This document shows, one piece after another, positions 38,484 to 48,531 of a stretch of 64,000 nt of DNA. Each line of letters starts with the position of its first letter. The stretch's first letter is position 1. The stretch comes from a virus, in IMG/VR virus record IMGVR_UViG_3300024581_003939, positions 3,513 through 67,512 of that record. The stretch is one strand, 5' to 3'. A model generated the notes under the pieces. The model saw only the letters and a program-made list of their open reading frames with translations, had not been told where the DNA came from and ran no database searches. The position numbers were made by a program, and so were the translations under genes.

Positions 38484-41092
38484 TAAAGCCCCACTTGTCT
38501 AGCTCTCTTTCTATCTTCCATTTCCTGCACAGACTCTTTATAAGCTTTGTGCACAGCTTTTGCCATATTGTCAACATCTTCAGTAAAATTGTCAACTTCA
38601 TCAATCATAAGAGCAGCTAATTCAGCGCCATCTTGCATTTCATCCATTTTTGACTCTAAGTCTATCCAAATGTTATTTGCATTAGCCATGATCTCCAAGT
38701 ATGCTATTGGATTAATTCCTGCCTTGATAAGGTTTTTAGCAGCTTTGTTTTTATCTTCAAAGTCAGGATCTCCCTTGAGACCGGTAAAGTACTCAACAAC
38801 ACTATCTAACTGTTCCTTACTAAGATCTGGACCGGCGTCTGGATTATGTTTAGCTCTAATTTGATTAATAATTGATTTGATTTCGTTCGCCCATTCAGAT
38901 GAAAACTTGGTGACCAGTGCATCTAGCGGGTAAGACCCAACAGTTCTTGCTAGCCATCCGCCAAGAGTTGATGTTAATTGTTCACTAGCAAGATCGGTAA
39001 AGTCCATACCTGTCTCCATCAACTCAATAAGTTGTTGCAAGTCTGGCAAGGCTTCATTCTTAAGCCGGTCAAGCATTAAAGTTTCATCAACTTGTTTGAC
39101 TTTGTGCTTCTTTTGATCATAATTTCGCTGTTTAAGTTTTCCTTTTTTTAGATCTTCTTCCATTGCTGGGATAACTTTTTCTCTAATGGCTTCCTCTAAT
39201 TTTTTAATTATAAGCTCCATATTCTGATCGAATAGATCGTTGATTGACGCGCGACGGACCTCTCCAGTTTCTTCATCCACATATTTGTATTTAAACAGCC
39301 TAATCTTAGGGTCGACTTTCTTCAAGAACCATTGTCTTATACCTGATACATTACTAAATCCAAAATACGGGAATAAGTCTTGCCAGTCGATAGGTTGGCC
39401 TCTTGCAATTAATTCAGCATATTTTTCAATTTTCTTTATATATTTCTCTTCTTCAGTCAGTTCTACGTCTTCAGCGTCTTCAGTATCTTGGCTGTCATCA
39501 TCACTAGGTCGTTTATCTTCTTGAACGTTTTTAGCTCCTGCAAAAACACCTGCGACGTAACCATTTGTATAACTTCTAGCTTCTTCAGGTGTAATCAAGA
39601 CGCGCATATCTTTGTCTTTAAATTCAAATTCTTCATCTGTCACTTTATGTTGAGATTCGACAAATTCAAAAAACATCTCCTTGAAGTCTTCTTCAGCATC
39701 TAAATCAACATTTAAAGTAAAGTGTGTCATATTTTTAAACTTTTTATCACTGTCAGGTGACATCTTAACGGTTCTTATGAGCATTGAAAATTCTTTTGAC
39801 AAGATATTTTCAATCAATGCATCGGCAGTGTCAAATCTGCTTGATAATCCGTAATTAGCATAGTCAGCAGATATAGTTTCGACTAGCTTATTGATAAACT
39901 TATTTACGTCTTCACCAGCTTCTTCAGCTAATTTAGTTATCATTCTGTTGATGTACCTTTCAGATGCCATCATTTCTGTAACAATACCATGAAGACGTTT
40001 GTATATAAGCATCAAAAATTCATTTATCTTCTGCTCTCTCATTGCAGGATTTTTAATGTTTGATACCCTAGAAAATATTTGCTTGACTTTAATCGGGTTT
40101 AAAACAGTATTTTGATCAATTTTATATTGGTGTGTTAGGGGTTTAAGAAGGTTTCCAAACTCTTTTACGAAGTCTGCATCCATTAATTCTTTTGTATACT
40201 CAGCATCAACCTTTTTAAACAACAACTGAATTTCATCGTGCAAATTATAAACAGCTCTTTCGAAAGGAGTCAAACTTTCAAAATCCTTACCTGTAATATC
40301 TTTAATTGACTGACGCGTCAAATACTGCTGATAGTTTCTATATCTTGCACGTCCTACACCTTCCGTTCCGGGTTGTTCACCCAGGCCTGGCTCTTTCATA
40401 AACCATGGTCTTTCATCTTGTTTATTGAAGGGCTGATCACCAAGAGAAACCTCAATACCTGAGTTGTAGCCCGCTTTAAAAGCATCAGACTGAGATTCCA
40501 AGTAAGACTCATGTTGTTCTAGTTCGTCTTCTGATTTTCCTTCTGGGTTAAAGTCTGCTGCAAAGTCGAAGCCTCGTGTAAATTCACCCTTGTCTGAAGT
40601 TTCTTGATAACCGGGTGCTTCTTGAGCTACTACTGCCTCTGATAAGACATTAAATTCTCTGATTGTGGTTTTTTTAGAAATATTAAAAACAGCTTCGTGG
40701 ATATATCCGCCATTTAAATCTTCATCTTCCCTATCTAAAGCTTCATCTAAACTCATGTGAAGCTTTCTATAAAAGAATTCAATCTGATTAATTGGAACTT
40801 CTTTTGAAATAACAGAAGCGGCCGCACGTAGTTCATCAATCGTTGCCGGAACATATTCTTCGTCATCAACAGGTGGCTCTTCAATAGACAGCTGAGAAGC
40901 CATGTGATTGTTTGACTTAACAGGTAAAGAGTCATCCTCATAGTAACCGAAAGGATCTAGATCAGGAGACTGATTGAATGGGTGGATTACTCTGCCCGCC
41001 ATATCTCCTTGACTTCTATTTTCGTTTAAACGTTTTTTGAGTAGATTAAATAATACACTTTTTTTAACAGCAACTTTCATAAACTTCACCAC
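38483..41092 (-). CDS. large helical protein with RLNE leader
   Basis: 869-aa ORF; HTH-like WQDLFPYFGFSNVSGIRQW. Confidence 0.7.
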   Translation of the reverse strand: MVKFMKVAVKKSVLFNLLKKRLNENRSQGDMAGRVIHPFNQSPDLDPFGYYEDDSLPVKSNNHMASQLSIEEPPVDDEEYVPATIDELRAAASVISKEVPINQIEFFYRKLHMSLDEALDREDEDLNGGYIHEAVFNISKKTTIREFNVLSEAVVAQEAPGYQETSDKGEFTRGFDFAADFNPEGKSEDELEQHESYLESQSDAFKAGYNSGIEVSLGDQPFNKQDERPWFMKEPGLGEQPGTEGVGRARYRNYQQYLTRQSIKDITGKDFESLTPFERAVYNLHDEIQLLFKKVDAEYTKELMDADFVKEFGNLLKPLTHQYKIDQNTVLNPIKVKQIFSRVSNIKNPAMREQKINEFLMLIYKRLHGIVTEMMASERYINRMITKLAEEAGEDVNKFINKLVETISADYANYGLSSRFDTADALIENILSKEFSMLIRTVKMSPDSDKKFKNMTHFTLNVDLDAEEDFKEMFFEFVESQHKVTDEEFEFKDKDMRVLITPEEARSYTNGYVAGVFAGAKNVQEDKRPSDDDSQDTEDAEDVELTEEEKYIKKIEKYAELIARGQPIDWQDLFPYFGFSNVSGIRQWFLKKVDPKIRLFKYKYVDEETGEVRRASINDLFDQNMELIIKKLEEAIREKVIPAMEEDLKKGKLKQRNYDQKKHKVKQVDETLMLDRLKNEALPDLQQLIELMETGMDFTDLASEQLTSTLGGWLARTVGSYPLDALVTKFSSEWANEIKSIINQIRAKHNPDAGPDLSKEQLDSVVEYFTGLKGDPDFEDKNKAAKNLIKAGINPIAYLEIMANANNIWIDLESKMDEMQDGAELAALMIDEVDNFTEDVDNMAKAVHKAYKESVQEMEDRKRARQVGL

Positions 41093-41132
41093 CTATACAA
41101 GATTAATAACTTAATTAATTATCACAGACAAA

Positions 41133-41543
41133 TCAATTTTGATTGACTGAATGAGTAATTGCTATTGTTATAGCTGTTCCTAAAGAGAATCCTGCAACAA
41201 ATGCCGTTCTCTGAATTAAGTCTTTTCTTGCTTGAATTTTTAATTCTTCGTCTCTTTTTTCAATCATCAGTTCTTGAATTTCTTTTGTTGCCTCGCACTC
41301 AATCTTGTAGATGTTATGCTCCAATGACATGTCAATAACTTTTTGATTTAATTCGTTTTCTTTTTCTAGGCGCAAGGCCTCTAATTCTAATTCGTGTGTA
41401 GAGATAATTTGTGCTAGTGCTTCATTTGTTAATAATTTTCCATCAAAAGGTACTTCTTCCCCTTTTTTAACAGTCGTAAAGTCTACACTTTCGCCACTGG
41501 CAATTGCTAAGTTTGTTAGCAAAAATAGTATATTTAAAAACAC
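41133..41543 (-). CDS. signal-peptide coiled-coil protein with C-terminal TM
   Basis: MFLNILFLLTNLAIA; AFVAGFSLGTAITIAI. Confidence 0.6.
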   Translation of the reverse strand: MFLNILFLLTNLAIASGESVDFTTVKKGEEVPFDGKLLTNEALAQIISTHELELEALRLEKENELNQKVIDMSLEHNIYKIECEATKEIQELMIEKRDEELKIQARKDLIQRTAFVAGFSLGTAITIAITHSVNQN

Positions 41544-41891
41544 TTATCCCTCCCTGAGATCGTATTTCTCCTTTAATATACTATCAAGTTCATCGGGATT
41601 GTTTTCTAATTCTTTTGCTCTTTTTTCTTTGTCTTTAGCGAGGCTAGCTAAGTCTTTTTTGTATTTCTCGTTATTTCTTTTTGTATCTTCAGCGTATTCT
41701 TTTAAAGCTTCTTTATTTTTCTCTAAAGTTACATTGTTGATATTAATCATATTTTCATTGTCGCTTTCTAATACTTTCTTTTCACTGTCTCTTTTTTTAG
41801 ATGAAGCTATAGCGATAATTGCGATTAATCCGCTAACAATCCAACCCCATTTATCTTTTATTTTTTTCCAAATTTTCTGTGACCATTTCAT
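41544..41891 (-). CDS. N-terminal TM plus coiled coil (i-spanin-like topology)
   Basis: WGWIVSGLIAIIAIA followed by a charged coiled coil. Confidence 0.55.
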   Translation of the reverse strand: MKWSQKIWKKIKDKWGWIVSGLIAIIAIASSKKRDSEKKVLESDNENMININNVTLEKNKEALKEYAEDTKRNNEKYKKDLASLAKDKEKRAKELENNPDELDSILKEKYDLREG

Positions 41892-41894
41892 GTG

Positions 41895-42164
41895 TTAGCC
41901 TTTCCATATTCTTGCGAAGTCAATTGCTGACTGACCGCCGATGTACATCATTGCAATCATGCCCCATGTGTCTGCATCTAGACCGGCATAAACTAATAAC
42001 GCAGTCGCTGTCCCAAAAACAAGTAACTTTCTAGAAATAATTTTTTCTTGAAGGCCGTCAATTATTCCTTTTGTCTTGTCTTGAACATAAAAATCTTTTT
42101 TAAGTTCTTCTACTTTTTCTGGAGGTAATTGTTTTACTGCCTTTTTAATATCTTCAAATTTCAT
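41895..42164 (-). CDS. holin-like two-TM protein
   Basis: SRKLLVFGTATALL...WGMIAMMYIGGQSAID. Confidence 0.5.
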   Translation of the reverse strand: MKFEDIKKAVKQLPPEKVEELKKDFYVQDKTKGIIDGLQEKIISRKLLVFGTATALLVYAGLDADTWGMIAMMYIGGQSAIDFARIWKG

Positions 42165-42172
42165 AGTATATC

Positions 42173-42442
42173 CTATTGATCATCTTCTTCAATCATGTTG
42201 AATATGCTTTCAACGTCTGATTTTGTAAATGCTTTGTTGGCTTTTTGTTTCTTTTCTTCAACTACTTCATCTAGAAACTTTAGCATTTTATTATCTTCGA
42301 TTTGCATTCTATTGGCAAACGCTTCAACAACTTCTTGCATTGACAAACCTCTTGCTGCGCAAGCCATTTTTAACGCAGCATGCGCGTCTTTTGTCAAATT
42401 AAAGTGAACAGACTTCTTTACTAATACGTCGTATTTAGACAT
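42173..42442 (-). CDS. ribbon-helix-helix DNA-binding protein
   Basis: KSVHFNLTKDAHAALKMACAARGLSMQEVVEAF. Confidence 0.7.
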   Translation of the reverse strand: MSKYDVLVKKSVHFNLTKDAHAALKMACAARGLSMQEVVEAFANRMQIEDNKMLKFLDEVVEEKKQKANKAFTKSDVESIFNMIEEDDQ

Positions 42443-42443
42443 A

Positions 42444-43070
42444 TCAAGAACCACCCACAGATCCTGCACCCGCAGGATTTGCTCCAATTGCATGAGGTGC
42501 ATCAATATCATCATAGTTTCCGCCAAATTCTTTAGCTGAAACGCCAAACTGCTCTTCAAGCGTTCTTAGAAATGCTTGGACATAATCGTCACCGTAGTTT
42601 TTATCTAAGAAGTTTTTTGTTCTGTTGATGACAGCGCGCTCGATATCTAATAATTCTTTGTAGTTCATTGTTAAACGTGCAACATCTTTTGTGAATTTGT
42701 CGATATCTAAGTCTGGAAGCTTTTGTGTAGTTGCCGGTTCTGCAGTCATTTCTTCTGATCCAACAGGCTCTTGAGAATCATCAGCAGGAGCATCAGCAGG
42801 AGCATCTCCACCCATATCTCCCTCGTCACCCATAGGCATTGCAGCATCTTCGTCTTGCTCTCTTAGCAATGCTGACAACGAAAGTTTTCTTAGTGATTCA
42901 CTAATTGACTGTGATTCTGATCTGATTGCGTCTTTTTCGTACATTAAGATTAAAGAGTCAACTTGATCGTCGATGCTGTCTCCAGACTTTCTTGCTAAAG
43001 AGCTGTTTTTAATCTTAATAGTACCTTCCGATCCCTCAAATATTTTTGCTCTGTTTCTTTTATATCTCAT
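42444..43070 (-). CDS. acidic hypothetical protein (core-like)
   Basis: KIFE and LLRE sites; Asp/Glu/Pro linker. Confidence 0.65.
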   Translation of the reverse strand: MRYKRNRAKIFEGSEGTIKIKNSSLARKSGDSIDDQVDSLILMYEKDAIRSESQSISESLRKLSLSALLREQDEDAAMPMGDEGDMGGDAPADAPADDSQEPVGSEEMTAEPATTQKLPDLDIDKFTKDVARLTMNYKELLDIERAVINRTKNFLDKNYGDDYVQAFLRTLEEQFGVSAKEFGGNYDDIDAPHAIGANPAGAGSVGGS

Positions 43071-43750
43071 TAGACGCCTCTCAGTACTTGAATAATTTTG
43101 TCAGCTTTTGCAATACGTTTTTCAATCGTTGACCACTTAAGTGTTTTCATCATTGCACGTGTATAAGTATCTACATCTTTTAGATAATCTCTGTAGTACG
43201 AATGTTGCCATGCATCAAGAACAATAATTGGATAAGATCCAGCTGGCATATTGTTTGAGTGTAGATCCACAACAGCATTCATTAAGGTTTGTGTATACAT
43301 ATTGAGATAAGTAATTGCCCACCCACATTGTGAAGCAGCTGCACATGCCATAAAATCTTTTTGCCATTCATCAAAAGAACCAAAGTCTCTTGCAATTCTC
43401 ATATAAGCAAGTGAATCCATTTTGATTTCAGAGTGTGGATCACCAATATTTGCAAAAAATAACTCATGAAGGTAAACACCGTTCATGTTAAATGTCTCAT
43501 CAACTTTAAGTGATCTAAATTCTGAATGATTGCAATTAACATCTGTTTTGTCAACAGTGTCTAATTTTGCGCTGATCTTGTTAAAGTTTTTAATATAGCC
43601 TTGATATAACTCAACATGATTCTGAAAATTTTCATCACTTAATAAATCAACGTTAAATCTAAACTTTTTTTCTTGTGCTGAAAGCGCTTCGTTTAGTCTT
43701 AGAGTTTCTCTGATTGCTTTCTTTGCTTTTTCATTGAATAGTTCGTTCAT
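43070..43750 (-). CDS. sod: Fe/Mn superoxide dismutase with N-terminal extension
   Basis: metal ligands NH, LHELFF, DAWQHSYY; FGSFDEW; start MNELF at 43750. Confidence 0.88.
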   Translation of the reverse strand: MNELFNEKAKKAIRETLRLNEALSAQEKKFRFNVDLLSDENFQNHVELYQGYIKNFNKISAKLDTVDKTDVNCNHSEFRSLKVDETFNMNGVYLHELFFANIGDPHSEIKMDSLAYMRIARDFGSFDEWQKDFMACAAASQCGWAITYLNMYTQTLMNAVVDLHSNNMPAGSYPIIVLDAWQHSYYRDYLKDVDTYTRAMMKTLKWSTIEKRIAKADKIIQVLRGV

Positions 43751-43754
43751 ATGC

Positions 43755-43991
43755 TTACACCTGTTCGTAGTTATCAAAGTCTTCCATTTCTATTCTTAGA
43801 TAGACTTTTTTATTGCCGGGACCGTTATAATATCTATATGCAAATATAACAGGTTTGTTGTTTTTGAAAAGAATTTTTTCAATAGTATACTCAATTTTTG
43901 TCTTTTTGTGGCGAATTAATAAAGAGTCGCCTAACATTGATATGAGTTTTCCCTTCTTTTTTCTTAAACCCTTTTTTAAATTTTCTTTCAT
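43755..43991 (-). CDS. hypothetical protein
   Basis: 78-aa ORF preceded by ATATTTA. Confidence 0.55.
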   Translation of the reverse strand: MKENLKKGLRKKKGKLISMLGDSLLIRHKKTKIEYTIEKILFKNNKPVIFAYRYYNGPGNKKVYLRIEMEDFDNYEQV

Positions 43992-44024
43992 ATAGATCTC
44001 TTCTTCATAATAAATATTAAATTC

Positions 44025-44966
44025 TTATTGAATTTGTTCTATGGACAAGTAAGGTATGCCATATTTTTGGCTAACAGTTTCGATTGCGTTATTGAGCGCA
44101 ATTGAATGTTCATCTTGCCTTGTTTTTAAGTCTTCAACATCGATAAAGGCATCAATTTGCCAGTTATCAATAATGAACTCGTTCCAATCACCTTGTCTCC
44201 ACATGAAGTTGTGGAAAAGCTTTTTACGCCCGGGATCATTAATTCTCATATAACTTTCTTCATCAAGAATGATATTGTTAGTTATTTTTTCAAGCCATGT
44301 TCTTAGCCCACCTAAAATAAAAGATAAAGAAAAGCCTCCTTTTCTTTTTATATTTTCGATAGGATCAACATATTCCGGAAACTTAGGAACGCCTGAGGCG
44401 GCATATTTTTCTTCGTCTTCAGCATTCGGCTTTCTCCCAGAGAAAAGATTGTCATTTGCTGCCAGCGTCGTGTATCCTGACATCTTAACAGCAACTTTAT
44501 ATCTTGCTTGTTGATTTTTTCCATACCATGCTTGCTTCGCCAATTCAACATCTTTTATGTTATTTCTAAATTCTTCAGGAAGATAACCTACAGTTGAAAT
44601 TTCATTTTTTTTATTTGAATTAACTAAAGCTTCTAGCTCTGCCAATGGATCTTTTCTAGTATCTAGTGGCGTAAAATGAACTTTAATTACGCTATCTATA
44701 AAAGCTCTGTCAACATGCGCAGACCACGCTTGTTTAACTATGCTTGCAACTCCTCGTGTCATACTTCCAAAAAGCTGAACCAAGAAAGATTCACCGCCTT
44801 CTTTGTAGTACTGCTTAAGCCTATCTCTTAAGTCGTCTTTAAAATCATCAACGCGTTGGTTGCCTGTTCTTAGAAATCTTTGTGTTCCAAAAACTTCGTT
44901 TAACTCGCCATCTTGCTTAAGATAGTTTTCTATAATTGTTTTTAAATTTCTCTTAGATATCTTCAT
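44025..44966 (-). CDS. hypothetical protein with virion-type leader
   Basis: MKISKRNLKTIIENYLKQDGELNE. Confidence 0.7.
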   Translation of the reverse strand: MKISKRNLKTIIENYLKQDGELNEVFGTQRFLRTGNQRVDDFKDDLRDRLKQYYKEGGESFLVQLFGSMTRGVASIVKQAWSAHVDRAFIDSVIKVHFTPLDTRKDPLAELEALVNSNKKNEISTVGYLPEEFRNNIKDVELAKQAWYGKNQQARYKVAVKMSGYTTLAANDNLFSGRKPNAEDEEKYAASGVPKFPEYVDPIENIKRKGGFSLSFILGGLRTWLEKITNNIILDEESYMRINDPGRKKLFHNFMWRQGDWNEFIIDNWQIDAFIDVEDLKTRQDEHSIALNNAIETVSQKYGIPYLSIEQIQ

Positions 44967-44996
44967 GATTACCTCTTGTAGATATATATGTCAAAT

Positions 44997-45413
44997 TTAA
45001 TCTAATTTCACAACTTTGACGCCACTATCTCTAAGAACGTTAATGCCTGACATGTCTGGTGCATATTCGTTAATAAAGAGTACTTCGTCAATCCCAGCAT
45101 TGACTATGCATTTCGCGCATACCAAACAAGGTGAATGAGTCAAATACATTTTTTTCTTTTTAGGATTGTTAAAGTCACATTTAATCAATGCATTGACTTC
45201 AGCATGTATAAAGCCGCTTTTTCCTGTTTCTAGACTGTCTCTTTGATTTGGGCCGCCTTTGTGATCTCCATTGTATCCTAAAGCTAAGACCTGTGTATTG
45301 TCTTCAGTTACAATCACAGCACCTACTTGAAATTTTTGATCAGGAGATCTTTTTGATATATCTAAAACAAAGTTCTTCCAAATACTATTCCATCCAGGGC
45401 GAATATTGTTCAT
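44997..45413 (-). CDS. dCMP deaminase
   Basis: VGAVIV, GYNG, HAEVNAL, SPCLVC. Confidence 0.9.
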   Translation of the reverse strand: MNNIRPGWNSIWKNFVLDISKRSPDQKFQVGAVIVTEDNTQVLALGYNGDHKGGPNQRDSLETGKSGFIHAEVNALIKCDFNNPKKKKMYLTHSPCLVCAKCIVNAGIDEVLFINEYAPDMSGINVLRDSGVKVVKLD

Positions 45414-46009
45414 ACAGGTTTTCTTCCGCTTTTAAGTACAATTTCACAAATATGGTCTAATCTTTCAATATGCTCGTATGCATCCCACGGATTGGATCCT
45501 ACGGCGCAAACTCCATGTCCAGCTTGAGCAACAATATCATATACTATTTTGTTGTCTTTAGTCATGTTATCGAAAGTACATATTGCCAGTTCCGGAGAGA
45601 TCACTGGAAGGACTGGAACAGTAGGGCCTACCTTACTATATCTTGAAACCTCTGGGAATTCATCAGACAGCTTCTGCATATCCCAGCCGCCATAGACAGC
45701 TGATATAATATTAGTAGGGTGCAAATGAACAACAGCTAAAGTTTTGTTGGTCGACTTTTGTAGCATCCAATGCATTTCCAATTCTCCTGAAGGGTTAACA
45801 TTTTCAGGAAATTCAATGTCTCCAAAATACTCACCTTGAATATCAGTCTTAATAATAGACTCTGGGTGAATAATTGTTTTTCTTACTCCAGAAGGTGTAA
45901 TGTACATTTTTGTTGAATTATAGCGTTTTAAAGAAATATTTCCGTCACGAGTTGTTATCCAGCCCTTTTCATAAGCTCTTCGCATTACATCGCCGATTGC
46001 TGTCAACAT
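45410..46009 (-). CDS. class II aldolase/adducin-family protein
   Basis: DGNIS, ITPSG, PSGELEMH, VVHLHP, GHGV. Confidence 0.88.
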   Translation of the reverse strand: MLTAIGDVMRRAYEKGWITTRDGNISLKRYNSTKMYITPSGVRKTIIHPESIIKTDIQGEYFGDIEFPENVNPSGELEMHWMLQKSTNKTLAVVHLHPTNIISAVYGGWDMQKLSDEFPEVSRYSKVGPTVPVLPVISPELAICTFDNMTKDNKIVYDIVAQAGHGVCAVGSNPWDAYEHIERLDHICEIVLKSGRKPV

Positions 46010-46851
46010 GGTTGATCCTTGTCAAAAAGATCTTCTATTTTAAAATCGCCAGGAAGTGTAAAGCCGGCCGCTTTTTTGTGACCGCCGCCGCCATATCTTT
46101 TTGCAATTTCAGAAACATCAATATGCTCATGAAATGCTCTTAAGCTAACTTTGATATTTTTATCATTATGATCATAATACCAGATCAAAGCAAAGTCACA
46201 GTCTGGAGATAGTTTAGCACCAATCTCACTCATCCAATGCGATGAATTAACAACCATAACATGCTTGCCGTTAATTTTTCTATTAGCGGCTTTATCGCAT
46301 ACTTTTTTGACAACTGTTTTTGAATATGCTAAAATATAAGATCCGCGTTTAACTGCATCATCAAAAACGCTATCATCTTCAAATTTTTCAAACTCTTCAA
46401 AATCAAAAGGAACCATGTCAAAAGCAGCACTAAATTCTTTTGAATAGGGTAGCTCCCATTTCCACAAATCTCTATCTGTAATATATTGAACAAACTTAGG
46501 TGATTCTTTCCCTGGATGGAAAAACTCCCATGCCATTGTTGCTCCGCTTTTGCTCATGTCAAAAATTGTATTTGATATGTCGTGAAGTTCTACGACAGCT
46601 GACTTGTGATGATCGATAATTACCAAGTCTTTTGCTTCTGATATCATTTTCTTTGTTACTTCATTACTGAATGAAAAGTCTAGTATCACCACAGTCTTGT
46701 CTTTTACATCTGGTGGTTCTTGTCCATGCTTACAAGGATAATACTCAGCTCTGTTACCAAGCAGCTTCCAAGCAGCATATGCGGATCCGAATCCATCTGT
46801 GCAATTTGCATGATAAATAACACAGTTAACACTTGAAGGGTCTAACATCAT
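46003..46851 (-). CDS. DHH/DHHA1 phosphoesterase
   Basis: YHANCTDG, LDFS, IDHH, GGGHKKAAG. Confidence 0.88.
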   Translation of the reverse strand: MMLDPSSVNCVIYHANCTDGFGSAYAAWKLLGNRAEYYPCKHGQEPPDVKDKTVVILDFSFSNEVTKKMISEAKDLVIIDHHKSAVVELHDISNTIFDMSKSGATMAWEFFHPGKESPKFVQYITDRDLWKWELPYSKEFSAAFDMVPFDFEEFEKFEDDSVFDDAVKRGSYILAYSKTVVKKVCDKAANRKINGKHVMVVNSSHWMSEIGAKLSPDCDFALIWYYDHNDKNIKVSLRAFHEHIDVSEIAKRYGGGGHKKAAGFTLPGDFKIEDLFDKDQPC

Positions 46852-46862
46852 TTTCTCCTGAA

Positions 46863-47453
46863 TTAGTCTCTCATATAATTATGGTGTAATTGACATCTTG
46901 GCTCGTAAAGTTCAGCCCCTCCTACTTGGATTTGATCTAATCGATTATCAGATTTAAAACTTTCTACGTGTTTTACAGAACTTTTTTTACAGGTGTAGCC
47001 GGCATCTTTTTGACAGACACTGCAAACCGCTGTACACTTTTCAATTTTTGTACAATAAGGCATTAGATTTTTTACTTCTTCAAACGCTTCCCCTGTAAAA
47101 GACAAATCAATTGAAGCGACAACGACATTATAGCCTTTTTTAAAAAGCTTGATGCATGCCGCGGCACCACCCTCAATTAGAAATAACTCATCGATTATTA
47201 CAGTATCGATATTGATGTCTGTTTCTAGATCAACTATCTTATTGATAATCTCATCACCTGTTGAGACTAGGTGTGCAGGAAGCTTGTTAAAGTTATGTGT
47301 TACAATCTCTCCGACATTTGTGTATCTGTCATCCATTCTTGACTTAAAAGAAATGATATTTTGTTTTTGATATTGTCTTTTGTCTGCTTCCATCAATAGG
47401 CGGGTTGTTTTAGAACTAAACATAGGCCCGGTATATAAAATAAGTTCAGTCAT
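46863..47453 (-). CDS. tdk: thymidine kinase
   Basis: GPMFSSKT, IIDE, CSVC...YEPRC. Confidence 0.92.
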   Translation of the reverse strand: MTELILYTGPMFSSKTTRLLMEADKRQYQKQNIISFKSRMDDRYTNVGEIVTHNFNKLPAHLVSTGDEIINKIVDLETDINIDTVIIDELFLIEGGAAACIKLFKKGYNVVVASIDLSFTGEAFEEVKNLMPYCTKIEKCTAVCSVCQKDAGYTCKKSSVKHVESFKSDNRLDQIQVGGAELYEPRCQLHHNYMRD

Positions 47454-48451
47454 TTAAGCCCCCACCATTTATATGTTTTTTCCATTCCTTCCCAAAATGT
47501 TACTACTGGCTTATAACCAAAATCATTAAAGGCTTTGCTGCAGTCTGCCAATGTATGCTTAACATCACCCGGCCGCTCTGGCGCATTTTTGATCTTAACT
47601 TTATCGCCAAATTCTTCTTTTAGGTGGTCTAGAATCTGATTATTTGTTACGCTACTACCGCATGCAATATTATAGCATTCTCCTAAGAACTTTTTATTAG
47701 AATTTGCAGCTAAAATATTTGCTGAAACTACATTGTCTATATGACACATATCTCTTGACTGTTCCCCATCGCCATCAGATCTACACTCTAGACCGTTTGT
47801 AATTGCATGACACCATGCTGACACTGCTGTTGAATAAGGACTGTCTCCATATTGTCCTTGCCCAAAAACATTAAAGTATCTTAAACAGACAATATCTAAA
47901 TCATAGAGGCCTGCACACACCTTTGCAAAATCCTCAATAGCTGATTTTTGCCAAGCATAGGGAGAGAGAGGTGACTTATTTTGACGTTCAGTTGTTGGAA
48001 GGGATCCAGCGTCTCCATAGACTGAAGAAGAAGATGCCCAGACAATTCTGTCAACAGAACCACGTGCTGCCTCAAAAAGTCTAACAGTTTTTGAAATATT
48101 GATATCAGTTGTATGCCATGGCTCCTCAACAGAATAGCTTACGCGAGGTAAGGCAGCCTGATGAAAGACGACGTCATAATTTCCTTGATATACAGCGTTC
48201 AAGACATTGTCATCAGCAAAATCATCTTGAATTACTAACACTTCATCTTGATGCCTTTCGTGATCTTGCATTTTATAAGCTGTATAAAATGTCCCGTTGG
48301 CTAAAACTCTAAATTTTAAATCATTTAAAAGCTCTAAATGACCGTTAGACATGTCATCAACAATATCTACTTGCCACCCTTGTTTTACCAGTTCTTTTGC
48401 GAGATTGCTTCCAATAAATCCACAACCGCCTGTTACTAATGCTTTTTTCAT
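47450..48451 (-). CDS. NAD-dependent nucleotide-sugar epimerase/dehydratase (extended SDR)
   Basis: TGGCGFIG, HQAA, SSSSVYG, YAWQK, RYFNVFG. Confidence 0.92.
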   Translation of the reverse strand: MKKALVTGGCGFIGSNLAKELVKQGWQVDIVDDMSNGHLELLNDLKFRVLANGTFYTAYKMQDHERHQDEVLVIQDDFADDNVLNAVYQGNYDVVFHQAALPRVSYSVEEPWHTTDINISKTVRLFEAARGSVDRIVWASSSSVYGDAGSLPTTERQNKSPLSPYAWQKSAIEDFAKVCAGLYDLDIVCLRYFNVFGQGQYGDSPYSTAVSAWCHAITNGLECRSDGDGEQSRDMCHIDNVVSANILAANSNKKFLGECYNIACGSSVTNNQILDHLKEEFGDKVKIKNAPERPGDVKHTLADCSKAFNDFGYKPVVTFWEGMEKTYKWWGLK

Positions 48452-48531
48452 ATAGGCTCCTATAATTAGTGTTATTATAACTAGCTAAATTAAAATTTAT
48501 ATTATTTGAGTTCTTTGATTGAAGTTAAACT

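Noticed and set aside
42775-42810. Short GCAGGAGCATCA tandem repeat
   Set aside because: It only encodes a DAPA-DAPA linker and has no independent function evident.
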